Origin: Epiperipatus broadwayi
Taxonomy: Eukaryota > Animalia > Onychophora
Direction: 5' to 3'
Length of the DNA stretch: 64,000 bases
Assembly (NCBI GenBank): GCA_028023455.1
Contig: JAQFVV010000005.1
Coordinates: 5,642,001-5,706,000, forward strand
Shown piece by piece: positions 1-12,929 of this stretch. The position numbers were made by a program, and so were the translations under genes. How positions within the stretch are numbered: the stretch's first letter is position 1; every line of letters begins with the position of its first letter. The notes beneath the pieces are model-generated. The model did no database searches. It was not told the origin of the DNA and was given only the letters and a program-made list of their open reading frames with translations.

Positions 1-400
1 TACATATTAAATCTATTACTTACAGGGATAAGATCTTCATTGAATGGGTATGTGAATTGAGTAAGTGATAATAATGGACTTATTAAAAAATATATTTTAT
101 AAAAAAGTATTGAAATTGGTTTTTGAGAGAGATATCACTTTTATATTATAAAAATTATATTAAAACAATAAGTATTAACCTGTAAAGAGGACAGAATACA
201 ATGGAGAGCTATAATTTGGGGAAATGTAGAAATTTTTTAGAAGGAAACATTTACTGCAAATAAAATTAAAAAACCTCATTGCAAATTGTCAAATAACAGA
301 CTACAGAATCAGCATGTGATTTATATGGATATATTTGTGGATCATAAGTTTTTATATTGGGTTGTGGCAATCATTCAAAAATCATCTTTAGCATCTGTCT
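1..400 (+). mobile_element. Degenerate 3' fragment of RTE-type LINE ORF
   Basis: Broken-frame motifs LH*MGHV.. and EDRIQWRAII.GNVEIF. Aligns by eye to the C-terminal part of the LINE at ~6800-7146. Confidence 0.55.
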
Positions 401-429
401 GCACTTTTTTTCCAAATTAGAATAGTTTT

Positions 430-1650
430 ACTCATTTATGAATGGCTGCTAATAAATGCAAGTAGATATATAATCCAGCTTTTAAATATTTTACTGTTGA
501 GCAAAGGCCTCCAACAGTGAAGGATAAGGCAATTACTAGATGGTGATAGTTTAGGAAGTTTTGAGCCTCCAGCTAAAAATAGCTAAATATCCCAATTAAC
601 TATTTATATTAAATAGTTAATTAGGTTGGTTACAGGCTAGCTATTTAAAAGGAAATCCTGTCTGGTTAGAGGGGAAAAAATTCAAATTGAGATCTTGGGG
701 AATTGGAGAGGAGATATTCTACCATTACAGCATGAAGTTATTGTATGCATATATGATTGCAAATGTAAAAAAAATTATAAAAGGATTGGCTAGCTGATAA
801 TTGGGTTGACTATGGGTCAATCAAGCCAGTTATTCATTTAATATTAACATTGATTTGTACATTAAATTTGTTAAATACATTAAATTGTTTTGTATTTGGA
901 CAATTCGATAAAGAATAAATAATTGTTATTTTATAGGATAGATAGTATCATGGGCAACATTATTATGAATTGTTCAATAAAATTTTATGGAAACATTTTT
1001 CATGCATAATTAATGTAATGATAGAAGGTCAAATCCTGGAGCATAAGACTCATATCAATTCCAGTTTGGGCTTTTGCCAACTTAGACTCCTTATCAACTT
1101 CCAAACAGCATTTGATTAATGAACAATTATCTTACCCAAACAACATAACCAGATCAAGTTTTATATAGTAGGATTATATATGTAAATTGTATAACTTTTA
1201 TGAAAATGAATGCAAATAAATTATTTTATAACTTAATTGAAAAACTTATTCAAAAATGAATAAAGTATGCAAGGATAGCATATTAAAATTGCATGCTATT
1301 TTAATATATTTATTGATAGATATATTACAATAATATACTAATAATTATTAATAACATTTATAGCTAAATTAGTCATTATATATATTATTTCATTTTCTCA
1401 CTATTATCTTTTAACTTGCTGATTTCAGTTAATTATATTAATAGGGGATTCTGTCATTATAAGCCTCTTGTCATTAAGCACCTCTCTGCACTAACAGAAT
1501 CAATGGGATTGTTTATTTATGCAACCATATTTTTATCCTTTAATTACATGAGCAATTATTGGCTCTAGTCTTTATTTTTTCTTCTTTGCTTTCTAATTTT
1601 TTATTTTTCAAATTCTCTTTCTTCTGAAATTAGAATTGATTTTAAGCCAA
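430..1650 (-). mobile_element. Highly decayed CR1/L2-like LINE fragment
   Basis: Shares segments with 2480-4090 (e.g. TTATGCAAC(C)ATATTTTTATCC at ~1540 vs ~4050). Weak RT-like motifs only. Confidence 0.35.
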
Positions 1651-1699
1651 TAAACATCACATGATCACTATTTCTTATGCTTGCTCTTACCTATTATTA

Positions 1700-1872
1700 A
1701 AACAGGCAAAACTCTCTATACGTATTGCTTACATATCCAAGGCTCCTCACTGATGAAGGCCACAAGCCAGAAACTAGTCTGGGGATATTGGATGAGTATG
1801 CACAAGCCTCCTGGCATCCATTGATTACTCTGGCTACCGAGTGGCAATATGTATAGAGAGTTTTGCCTGTTT
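1700..1872 (+). mobile_element. Family A fold-back element with hammerhead (PLE-type terminal repeat)
   Basis: 29-bp inverted repeat AAACAGGCAAAACTCTCTATACGTATTGC at 1700-1728 and 1844-1872 (1 mismatch), enclosing a hammerhead motif. A short related segment lies at ~33583-33605. Confidence 0.7.
1744..1785 (+). ncRNA. Minimal type-I hammerhead ribozyme motif (family A)
   Basis: TCCTCA-CTGATGA(1750-1756)-A-GGC cacaa GCC-A-GAAA(1770-1773)-CTAG-TC|TGGGGA. GUC triplet at 1777-1779, palindromic ACTAGT stem III, 6-bp stem I. Confidence 0.7.
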
Positions 1873-1889
1873 GAATTAGGTTATATTTT

Positions 1890-2390
1890 TTTCTAAGTAA
1901 TGAAAATGATGATTATATGAAGAATACACAAGGTGATGATAATATTTGTAGATAACAGTCTGGGTTAATGTATGACTTGGTTTTGGGGGAGCAATGGCTA
2001 TAATGATAGTACATGAGGAGTCAGATTGACCTTAGGTCAACATGGGTGGGACAAGAATCTCGGCCTCAGGGTGGCCTTTGAGCATTCCATAATCAGATTT
2101 TCAATTGGATGGACAGTTGGAGGGTGGAGTAGATTGAATTCTGTCCATTAACGTATGAGGATTGGCTACCTTAATATTTATTTGAGCACTTATAGCATAT
2201 ATGTGTAGAGATGGTAATCTGGACCAACTGATGATTGCTGGCTTAGCATGAAATACATATATTGGTGATTATTTATCTTTTCGACATATATGTGTTCAAG
2301 TGCATCAGTGTTATGAGATAGTGTGAAGAGTGGTGGGTCGTGTAAAAGTCTGTGCTCATATACCCTATATATTACATATATAGACACAGG
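1890..2390 (+). mobile_element. Family B hammerhead-bearing repeat, single plus-strand copy
   Basis: 2160-2390 is nearly the reverse complement of 51340-51570. 2040-2170 is homologous to 37490-37660. The 65-aa ORF 2190-2387 is only a by-product of the repeat. Confidence 0.75.
2223..2266 (+). ncRNA. Minimal hammerhead ribozyme motif (family B)
   Basis: ACCAA-CTGATGA(2228-2234)-TTGCT ggctt AGCAT-GAAA(2250-2253)-TACATA-TA|TTGGT. Stem I ACCAA/TTGGT. Confidence 0.7.
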
Positions 2391-2479
2391 TATATAATAA
2401 ACCAGCGTTTCAGTTATTAGATAGTATTTTATTACATTTCAAATGCTTTTAATAATATACAAAATTGCAGATTCATAAT

Positions 2480-4090
2480 TTTTATCTGAGCACAATAAAA
2501 ATTATTGTAGGCATTATACCAGTAAATTATAACTGTTCAGTGGCATTAAAAATAAGACTATGACATAATTTATTATTTCTATGGGATTTTTTTTTAGTCT
2601 ATTAAGATTTAATCACTAATGACTTATGGAGTCCTTTGATTCTATCACTTAAGTCATATATTCAGCAGTTCTTATCTATGAAGTTCATAGTTTATGTTTG
2701 GCTCTTAAATTCCATTTATGAAAATGTGCCCAATGTCCATAGATTATCATGAATTTATTTTTTGAGACTCCAGTTACATCTAGGAAAATCAAATTCAACT
2801 AACTTTACTATTAGATCTAGAAAAAAGAAATTTGTAATCTCATAAGAATTCCATTTTTACATTATAATTCTATTGTAGACTCTTGATCCATCATCCTGAT
2901 TTGAGACTTCGAGGTGATGAATAATGAAACTATATTTTTAAGTCATTGGTAATTACTAGCTACTATATATTTTTTATGAGGCAACTTTTTAATCTAATAG
3001 AGGAATATGACAGGAAGCCACTACTAAGGATAAATTTGAGTATTTTAATAATATTTTTCATGATATTTAATTGAATATCTGGAAGTTTAATATGGACACT
3101 TTTTCTAATTGGGTTACAGTATTCATCAATAGAATAGGCTAGTGCTAAGGAAGTAGTTCATAAATTATTTGGATCACAATCTCAAGAGATTATTTTTAGA
3201 AATTATTTTAGATTTAATCTTACATAAATGAGGAAAAAAGTTAGGTTACAGTCCAAGATTATTTCTAAATAGCATAATGTAAAATTGTGCTTCAGTCTAC
3301 TATTGCAAATAGTTATGTATGCAGATTACGAGATGATTGTCTGCTGTTTAGATTAAAGTTGAGCTGTCTTTACTGGATTAGGAATAAGGTCCTAATCTTT
3401 TCATATTGAAAAACTTTTATATTTCAGGAAAGGATTTTTTTTGTGAAATCAAAGCAATATGATCAGTTTAAATTAATTTTCTACATTCCGAGTCTGGAAA
3501 ATCACTGATGACCATATTAGATCAAATAAATGAGAGAATTGAATCACACAATAGACTATAGCATAAAATTTTGGATCTACTATAATTGTCATTTATTGTC
3601 ACTTGGATTTTTTTAACGAAGAGGATTTCATCAAGTAAATTAATGGTTTTTATGAACTTTTAGAAAAAAAATTTAAAAAGTTCATTTTCCAAACAGAATC
3701 TTAAATTGTGATTATGTAACAAAAAGTAGCACTTTTTTAATTTATTTTGAATTATGGCACAGTGATAACACATCATTATCATTGGTAATAGACTGCTATT
3801 ATCTGTCAACTCCTAATTGCAATTAATTTTAAGCATTTAAGTATTTGTGATAAAATAAGTGTCCAACAAAGAATATCTACTGGATAAGATGGTTCTTTAA
3901 TAATTAGGTATTATATCTGATACAAAGTCTTTTCTTTGTCCTTCCTTTCTTTCTTCAATCATTTAAGTTAGTATAGGGCCCAGTCCTCGTGAACCTCTCT
4001 TGCCATTGTTCATTTTTCTATTTTAACTGAGATAATGGAATTGTGTGTTATGCAACACATTTTTATCCTGTAACTAAATACAGAGCATTT
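2480..4090 (-). mobile_element. Decayed CR1/L2-like LINE (endonuclease to RT region)
   Basis: Fragmentary motifs on the minus strand: NGKRGSRG, SHLFDLIW, HLEVSNQDDGSR, MDIGHIF. Many stops and frameshifts. Confidence 0.4.
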
Positions 4091-4139
4091 CTGATTCATT
4101 TTTATATATTTTTTTTTAGTTCAAGCCTTAAAAATTAAG

Positions 4140-7100
4140 TAAGCCATTGTGTGGACGGACTTATTAGGTTGGCAGTCCCTAGTTGTGAGTTGTGCTAGAG
4201 GCAATATAGTCATTAATGAATTATGTAACTGAATTTGAGACAGGAGTTTCAGATGTCAAAGATTGACAGCCCTATTTAGAGATACTCCTGCTTGTCATGT
4301 AAGTGAAAGGTATCTAAAAATTAGTTTAAAAAACGGTCTAGCTAAATTCTCATGACTAATAGATAAATCATTACAGCAAAGAAATAATAAGTAGAAGGCA
4401 ATGATAATATTAAAGAGAAGTATTGTAATCTAATTTCTTTCTCAATATAGATTCACAAATGTGTGAACTTTACTTGATATAAAATCTACATGATCAGAAT
4501 TGAGAACTTGTGATATGTGACTAAGAAACTCAAGATTTTAAAATTGATATAATTCTTTTTAATGAAACTCATCTTCCAAAGGAAGGAAGTTTAATAAAAT
4601 GATCGATTACAACAAGTTTTTTTGAAAAAGCAGATCAATAAAAGGAGAATTCATGATGTTGAATGGATGCAAAGTCTAATTTAGGACCTTCTATTCTTGG
4701 ATTAGTTAAATTAATAAAAGACTAATGTGCTAAAACTTGCTTTGCACAATAATATCCATGTTCATTTTATTTTTACTTATCATTCAGAGAAATGAAGCTT
4801 TTATTCCTTGCTGGATAGCATTATTATTTTAATACCATTAAATGATCTCATTTTATTTCTTGAAGACTTTAGTGCACATATAGATACAAATAGTAAACTT
4901 TTGGCCAAATGTTATTGGAAATAATAATATTGATCCTGTAAATTCAAATGTTTTGTTATTATTGACTTTTTGCACAACATATGGATTGACTATCACAAAC
5001 TTTTTTAAGCAGAAAAACTATTATAAAAGAACATGGATGCATCTATTCTCAAAACAAGGACATTCAATAGATGACATTATGAGTTAAAATACAAGAGTTT
5101 AGATTATGTGAGAACTTAGAAGCATCATAGATTAGTATGATCTAGGATTAAAATGATAGTTGCATTAAAAAAGATTTTATTTTAATGACATTCATGAAAA
5201 ATGATGTTCATTTTTAGCAGTATCTATTTAATACAAAATTTCAATAGCTATTAAACACTAAATTTGCTAATTTGGACTTTGAAGATTATCATATTACTGA
5301 AACATGGATTTCTCTTAAGGAATCTATTCTTGGGTTCACTAAAAAGATAAATCATGACAGAGTGTCTAACAATAATCTTAGTGATTTGATTAAAAGAAAA
5401 TATGATATTTTCTGCTTGGCAGAATAATAATTAAGTGCGGAACCGTAATAAATATAAAGATCTAAAAACAGAAGTTCAGTGATAACAAGTAAGCTTAAAA
5501 AATAATGGGTGGATTATAAGATACAAACATTTTTCTAATCATCATCATTCAAAATCTTTTTTTGATGCATTAAAAGCAATATATGCACTTGAGAAACAAT
5601 ACTATAATTCTTTTAAATTCAGAAATGGTATTCTCTTGTGACTTGATAATGATATTTTGATCATTCTTTGAATAATGATACAAGAATTGAGTTAATGACT
5701 TTTAACGATATCTCATTTAGATTTGGATATAAATATCCAGCTTAGTAAAGTCAAAATTGCTATTTGTAGTCTTAAAAATGAAAAGCCGTAGATCTTAATG
5801 TAATACCTGAAATAAGCTTAAAATGTGGTGGATGTGTTAGCTTCAAAAATATTGGGATTTTTTAGGAATATATGAATCTATGAAGTTGTACCACCTGATT
5901 TCAAGAATGTATCTATTGTTCCAATTTTTAAAAATAAAGAGAATAAGCAAGATGACATTAATTATCATGGAATATCATTATTGTCCACCAGAGATCAATT
6001 TGGCTTTAAAGAATCAAGAAAAACTTTAGACATGGTTCTATTGCCAGGCAAATGCAAGAAAAGTGTTGGGACCAAAAGAATGATTTATTTATAGCTTTTA
6101 TTATTATGATGACATTTGACTTGATCAATTGAACAGGTCCATGGTATTTACAATTAGTTGTCTGCAGCTTCTGCATAATCTAAGGTATTTAAAATAAAAA
6201 CTGGTATTAAACAGGGATATACTTGCTCCAACATTATTTTCAGTTTTATAATAGTGATCTTTGATACTGTTTATAGATGGCTTAATGAAACAGGATCAAC
6301 ATGTGATAAAGGTTTGATGGTGAAAGTTTTAATTTCAATCAATTGAAAGCAAATATAAGAACTTCATGTATGCTGATTAAGTGCTTTTTTTTTTCTGTTC
6401 AAAAGATGATTTACAGAATGTACTTAATATTTTAACTGCAATATGTAAAGATTTTGATTTAATAATTAATATTTAAAAAATTCAAATCTTTATCATCAGC
6501 ATCTTGTCAATTTTAGAATATAAACCAATTTAAACATCTTGATAATTTTATAAGTAGAAAAATGGACTTAAATGTTGAATTACAGCACAGACTCCAATGT
6601 GCTGTTGTTGTTTTTAACAAGTTAAAAGATATAATTATTTTATACAGAAATAATTACTGCAGTTCACTTATATAGAGCTGTTATTTAATTTATTGTATGG
6701 AACTGAGATTTTGGATATCTTATTGACAGAATATAAAAACGTCATTTAAGGTTGCTCAACAAAGTTGAGTCCACTGTTATAAAGTCTTATTGTTGGATTG
6801 GACAAATGAAACCAAGACAATGTAAGATTTCCTAAAAGGCTGTATTTTGATGGATTTGAGTGTAGTTTTCAGGAAAGAGGTAAATTTACATTACAGATTA
6901 TCTCAAAGTCATCTAAAAAAAGTGCAATATTAATTATTTTCATTGGGAAAATGTAGAAAATAGAATGCATTGGAGAGTTACAATTAGTTGTGGTGTTGAA
7001 ATATTTCAGAAAGAAAAGTTTAAAAAAAAAAAAAAAAAGACTACATCACAAAATATCAAATAAAAAAATGGATAGCATGTTCTATATGTGGATGTAATTG

Positions 7101-7146
7101 TGTTTCACAGATTGATTTCTACAGTCATAGCAAAACTCATTTCTAG
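4140..7146 (+). mobile_element. Near full-length but heavily decayed RTE-type (BovB-like) LINE, APE + RT
   Basis: Motifs in expected order: NV*TLLD, NSNVLLLLTFC..YGLTITN..KRTWMH.FSKQGHSIDD, PPDFKNVSIVPIFKNKENK..NYHGISLLS, QFGFK..DM..RQMQEKC, GIKQG..LAPTL, FMYAD, terminal CVSQIDFYSHSKTHF*. Confidence 0.85.
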
Positions 7147-7344
7147 AGCAGTTTTTTTTTTTTTTTTAGGGTTATGTGTATTTAGTTTTGACTACATACA
7201 TATAAATCTTCCAATTTTTTGTAATCTTAATTTTAATTCTTATCAATTTAAAATTTCCTATTGAAATATATCATATAGCCATTTTTAAGTGAAATACTAT
7301 AAAAATTAAAATATGTATATATAAATAGAAGTATATTTTTTATA

Positions 7345-7680
7345 CTGAACTTAATGTAATTTATAAGAAATTTGTACTCAGAGTTTCAAGCTCCCTTCAT
7401 CTATCCACTTCATCTTATACAACCTATACACATGACTACATGCATGTGAAAAAGATAAATGAATTCCAATATATGTATTTCATGCTGAACCAGTACCTAT
7501 CATTTGGTCTAGATCATTTCCCACACACAGACACATATGATGTGGATGACTGAAGAATTGGAGATCATTTATTTTTTTCACAAGTATGTGATCATATGCA
7601 TTAGTTGTATAAGATGGAGTGGATAGATATAAGGAGCTTGAAAGTGTGAGTTCAAATCCCTTCTATGTATATTGTAACCT
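7345..7680. mobile_element. Family B fold-back element
   Basis: 7370-7470 is inverted relative to 7558-7660. Left arm has a degenerate minus-strand hammerhead (7466-7509). Right arm starts TTGGAGATC at 7558. Confidence 0.8.
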
Positions 7681-9399
7681 CAAATTCCAAAAGACGACTG
7701 TTTGAAATGAGTGCATTTTACGTGGAATGCTTTTGATATCGGTTGTATCTTTATGAAAAGTAAATTAACATGAATGTATGTTTATTTTCCACATAAAATA
7801 AATAATTATTATTCCAAAAATTAATAACATCAAATTTAAGAACAATAAATTTATCAGGGTATTTTTATAGATATATGGTAATAATCTTGATATTCTTAAT
7901 TACATATATTGGGTTGCGATATACATTGTATAAAGGACTACTTCCATATAAATTAATATGTTCTTTCAAATAAGACTAGCAAATTAACTTTCTCTCTCAA
8001 TCCTAAATTAAATTTAATGTTCAATTAATTAATTCTCGGGATTCTTAACTAAATCAATCTTAATCATTTAATTAAAAGATATACAGATATAAAGTTTATT
8101 ATGTTATTTTCGGTATGATGAATGTAGGGGGGATTTTATTATCCATCACTATATTTTACTAATTTATATTTCAGATAGTAATAATAATAATAATAAATGG
8201 TGTAAATGAATTTAATAAATGAATATGTAATTTAATAGTTTGGAAGTTTGACTTTTTATTTCAACAATATGTAAAGACCATGATGGCAAACATATATTTA
8301 AATATAACAATTACTTTATTATAAATAACAAGTATGAAACAAAATTATAAGCGTTTAATAAACATAATTTAATATTAAAATTTCATTCCAATATTATTTT
8401 ATCTGTGATTAAGCCAATCTTGGGTTATGATTATGTATGTAATTCTAAAGTGTTGCAAAGACAAAACACTCTATTGATGAAGTTTGAATCTGATTAAGTC
8501 AAAACTTAACCTTACTTACAGAAGGATAAGAATGTTTTATAATGTCTTTAATTATCTTTATAACAATTACTAATAGATTATCAACCTCATTCTATAAGAG
8601 CTGGCTAGTTTAACTCTTTTGGGCAAGCAAAATTATTAACTTAATGCTCCTAACAATTCTATACAAAATATATAGCTTCATTCAATTTGACTAACAAATG
8701 TGGTTTATTTAATTGATATAGCATGGTATAGCATTTCAAATTATACAAATATCATAGGCGCTATATAGACAATTATTCCCTAGTGATCTAATCATCTACC
8801 TAGGATGTTTAGCTACCTATTAATCAGACTGAATTCAATGATCAATAAAACATAAAGTCAGTTAAATATGAATGGTTTTACTGAAGTTGATAAGCTAGTT
8901 TAAATGCTACCTTCTCCAATATAAAATATAAATCACATATATTACACGCATACCCAGTGTCATTAATAATATGTCAGCATTATCTTGAGAACTTTATTAT
9001 TTATTTATTACTACACTAATAATATCTATAAACTAAATAATTCAACAATTATAAACAAAGTTTATTGAATAATTCTTCAAATACATAATCCTACTTTCAA
9101 TATCCTGTGGAAATATTTACACTTTTGCTGAGTATTCCAACATTTATAATTTACAGGCAATAATTTAATATATGCTAAACATTAAGTCAGAAGCACAAAG
9201 TGATTCATTTTAAAGGTTTAAAACTGTAGTAACACAATATAATGATTTTAAGATTTTTGAATAAAGGACACTTAGAAAGCCTACTCCGGATTGCATAGTT
9301 AGCACTTTTATCCATTTTAGAATGTCTGCTGATCAATTTATAATGTTTATTATATTTTTATATTATGACATTCATAATCACAAATTCATCATTATAGGA

Positions 9400-10380
9400 C
9401 TGACATTGAATTATAGTTTTATGCAAAGAGAATGGTTTAATCCTTTACAGAACTCTTGTAGATCAAGAATCACATGGTTGGTGTTTATCATATATTTTAA
9501 AGGCAGTGGATTAATAATCCTTTAAATTAAACATATTTAATTCACTTTGCTATAGTCCAGTCAATTTTAATAATTTATAAGACCTAGCAAATAAATCATA
9601 ATTCATAGATCCAATTAACTTTGTTGATCTTCATTAGAAATTAAGCAGTATCTCTAAAGGTTTGAATTTATATGTTGATTTAGATTTATATTGTATAAAG
9701 TTTAACTTTCATTAATCCATAGAGAGGTAATCAATATAGTTGCCAAACAAGTTATTTCAAAATTATTTTGAAAGAAGAGACAAATAATTTGATTGATGTT
9801 ACAATAACGAGTATCCCATAAGCAATTTCCTAAAATTTCATTAAAATGAGCAAAGAGTTTAGACTTTGTGGCTAATTATTTCAAGTATGTGGCTAAGTGC
9901 TTTTGAGGGCCAGGTTCTCATATTCTAGTTTTAAAGACAGTAAATTGGATTTTCTTTAAAATAATATTTGGTGATAATCTTTATTGTTGTAAGTTCATCT
10001 ATTTAGTTGGAGAAGAAGATACATTTTGTCAGCGAGGCAAAATGCCCAGAGTAAATTTGTCTACTCTGCCATTCTGGAGAAGACAATCAAAATGACTATT
10101 TTAAAATTTAATTCGACCAGGTTCTGGATGCATTATGGTTTAACAAAGACTGATTGAATTTTGCCAAAAGGTCATATTTATAGCCTCTTGTCAGCTGATA
10201 TCTTAATTTATCACCATTACCCACAACTCTTAAGTTTTTATGGGAAAAAATTGTTGCTATGGTAATATGGAATATGTCTGGGTTTACTCCAAGGGTGTAA
10301 ATTTTATTGATTGAAATGAAAAAAAAAATTACTAAATCCTTAATCTGAATCATTTTTTTAACAATTAACTAATTTATAAT
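9400..10380 (-). mobile_element. Possible PLE reverse-transcriptase-region remnant
   Basis: VVGNGDKLRYQLTRGYKY resembles the N.KLR.LL.KGPKY motif upstream of PLE RT. ITSLWI resembles PSLYWI. Weak. Confidence 0.3.
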
Positions 10381-11067
10381 GTCCCTTTAGAGCCCTCAGA
10401 TATTTTATTTTAATAAATTCATTTTAATAAATATCTTTTAACTGGATTATAATGCTAAATAAAATAATTTATTAGTTTTACATTTATAAATTTTAAATTT
10501 ATTAAGTTGTAAACATATAGAAATTGCATGCAAGCACATGTACTTTTAAATGAAATGTTAGTTTTACTATTTTAGCTAAATATAAAGTCAATTGTATAAT
10601 TATTGTAGAACTGTTTCAAATATTCTGTTTATTATGTTTGATTTAGTGTATTCTATTTTGTATATTTTTCTACATTATCAATTTTATGTGTGGGTTTTAC
10701 TGTTTGTAGATAAAAAAATGTAATTGTGCTCTTCAAACAAAAAAAACAACAACACACATGCATGTACTTTAGCTATGCATTGATTGATAAAATTTGCTCA
10801 GAAGAAATCTTTAAATACTTTCTACAAATTTTTATTCTCTTAGGTAGTACTAGAGAGACTTTTAAATTTCATTTTTGACTATATTACCTACTATCTGACC
10901 AGTAATAGTGGTAGATTTACTTTGTTTAACTCAAGAAAGCCAATAAAATTTTTAGTTTTTTTTTTTTATTATATTAATTAATTATGATGGTATATATACT
11001 ATAAGAAATAAAATCAAGATTTTATAAGCAATTGGGTGAGTTAATGTGAGTTATTTATTTAAATACT

Positions 11068-11390
11068 CATAATAAAACAAGGGAATGAAGAAGTTTTGAA
11101 AAGAGTTAATGAGGAAAGAAGATTGATTGAAAGTATCAAAGAGAGAAAGAGAAACTGGATTGGACATATACTAAGAAAAGATTATAGTTTAATGAAAGAT
11201 GTTTTGGAAGGAATGGTGAGTGGAAATAAAAAGAAAGGATGGAAGAGATTGACATTATTGGATGATATACGAGATGGAAGGGGTTATGTGGAATTGAGGA
11301 AGTGGGCAAGGAAGAGAACGGAATGGATGAACTGATGTAGTGACTACTCTCTGGACCTGTCTATTGGACAGACTACTATTGATTGATTTA
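11068..11390 (+). mobile_element. 5'-truncated RTE LINE 3' end with probable TSD
   Basis: ORF 11096-11335 (IKERKRNWIGHILR...EGMVSGNKKKG..LDDI...YVELRKWA.KR.EW) is a typical RTE C-terminus. TGAT-repeat tail. TTTATTTAAATA on both sides. Confidence 0.85.
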
Positions 11391-12929
11391 TTTAAATATA
11401 CTGGATTCAGTTAAGAAAATATTTAATGAAGATATTATTCCTATAGCATAATTACATATTTTTTAAATATTGTTAATTTTTATATATACATATAACCTCA
11501 CAATATTTACATACTTGTCAATTAAGATAGCAAATGCATTCCCACTATCCTCTCCCATTACAGACCAAAGATATGGAATATATATATATATATATATATA
11601 TTGCTTAAATAAGAAAACATATGTCTATCAACTATTTAATAGATAATAAGTTGTTAGATTTTGTTGCTGACTGAGATCTTTAGTTTAGACATGAAGATAA
11701 GTCTAAATTTTACTTTTGGATCTGTTAATTTGATTTTAAGGATGTGATACCATGCGTGGAGTTATTAATTAAACTAGTGTTATATATCATTTGTACTGTT
11801 TATATTGGGTGTGTATTTGAAATTTTTCTGTAATATACATATTCTCCATCAGATTTTATTAGTGAAATTAAAAAATAAATTTTAAAATTTGGATATTTTT
11901 TAAGTTGATAAAATAAGAACTTGAATCCATTACACATTTTTTATTTCATTCTCACTATTTCAGATCTTACACATCAAGTGACTGGTACCTTTATTCATTA
12001 ATAAGGGTACTAAAGAAAAACCTATACATAAATTTCAATATTTGTATGAAATATTCAGATAGCGTATTTTCCTTCTTATTTATAAAATGCTAGATTGATT
12101 TCTGCTTTACATTTGTTATGGTGAATACTATTTTAAAATAAAAGAGCTATAAATAACACCAATCATGTGAGAACATGATTGTTGTTACATGTAAAATTTT
12201 CTATAGTCAAACTTGTACAGAATGTTTATACCTGCTAATTTTAAGTGCAAAGTCATCTTTATTCATTAAGAATGACTAGATTGCATTCTTCACTGCTGTT
12301 AGAATGAAGGCTCTGGTATACTTTCATAAAGGACTAAGCAACAGCATACTGTGTGAGAGATTTAGTCTATTGTTTTAGGACTATTTAAGTGAGACAAATG
12401 TTCCAGAATTGTAAACATACAACTTTATTAATTATTTTTAATTTTGTAGTCTGGTAAAGTCTTAATAAGATTAAGGAAGATATGAATTTCTGTTTATAGT
12501 TTCATTAACCATGGAGCTTATTTTGGTAGAGAAATGCATGTCATTATACTCAAGAATTTCATGGGAAGGGATTTCCTAGTTGATAATTACCATGCAAAAG
12601 ATTTGTTGAGGGAAATAAGTTAGTTGGAAAGTATTTTTTAATTATTAGTTCTACAAGGGATGAATTTTAGTGCCCCTTGTGATAATTCTAGCATTATCCA
12701 CTAATACAAGTACTGATATAGTCCATTTTGCTGACATATTTAATCCTGGGGAAAATTCTCCAATTTTTTGCAGTAAGTTGTTAATATAAACTTCATATAC
12801 TAATGGAGGTCAAATTGAGTCATATAAATTCTAATGTGGATTTTTTAAAATTCTAAATGTTTACTTCTCTTTTTACCCAATAATGTAATTTTTAGAAACT
12901 TTTATAATCGAGTTATTATGAAAAGATAC

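Noticed and set aside
26-60. Apparent micro-exon TACAG|...DKIFIEWVCEL...|GTAAGT
   Set aside because: The same bases read as the RTE motif LH*MGHV..SDN in another frame and continue into the RTE fragment to ~400.
8470-8515. TTGATGAAG...AAGTCAAAAC hammerhead-like string
   Set aside because: Core is mutated at both ends, with no convincing stems and no second copy.
8640-9300. PLE RT-like words on the plus strand (RRYIDN, SCGNI)
   Set aside because: Equally weak motifs can be read on the opposite strand, so it is not supportable without an HMM search.
12671-12772. 102-nt phase-symmetric exon candidate (PLVIILALSTNTSTDIVHFADIFNPGENSPIFC) with a GTAAGT donor
   Set aside because: No recognisable homology or partner exons, and it lies within a probable PLE remnant.
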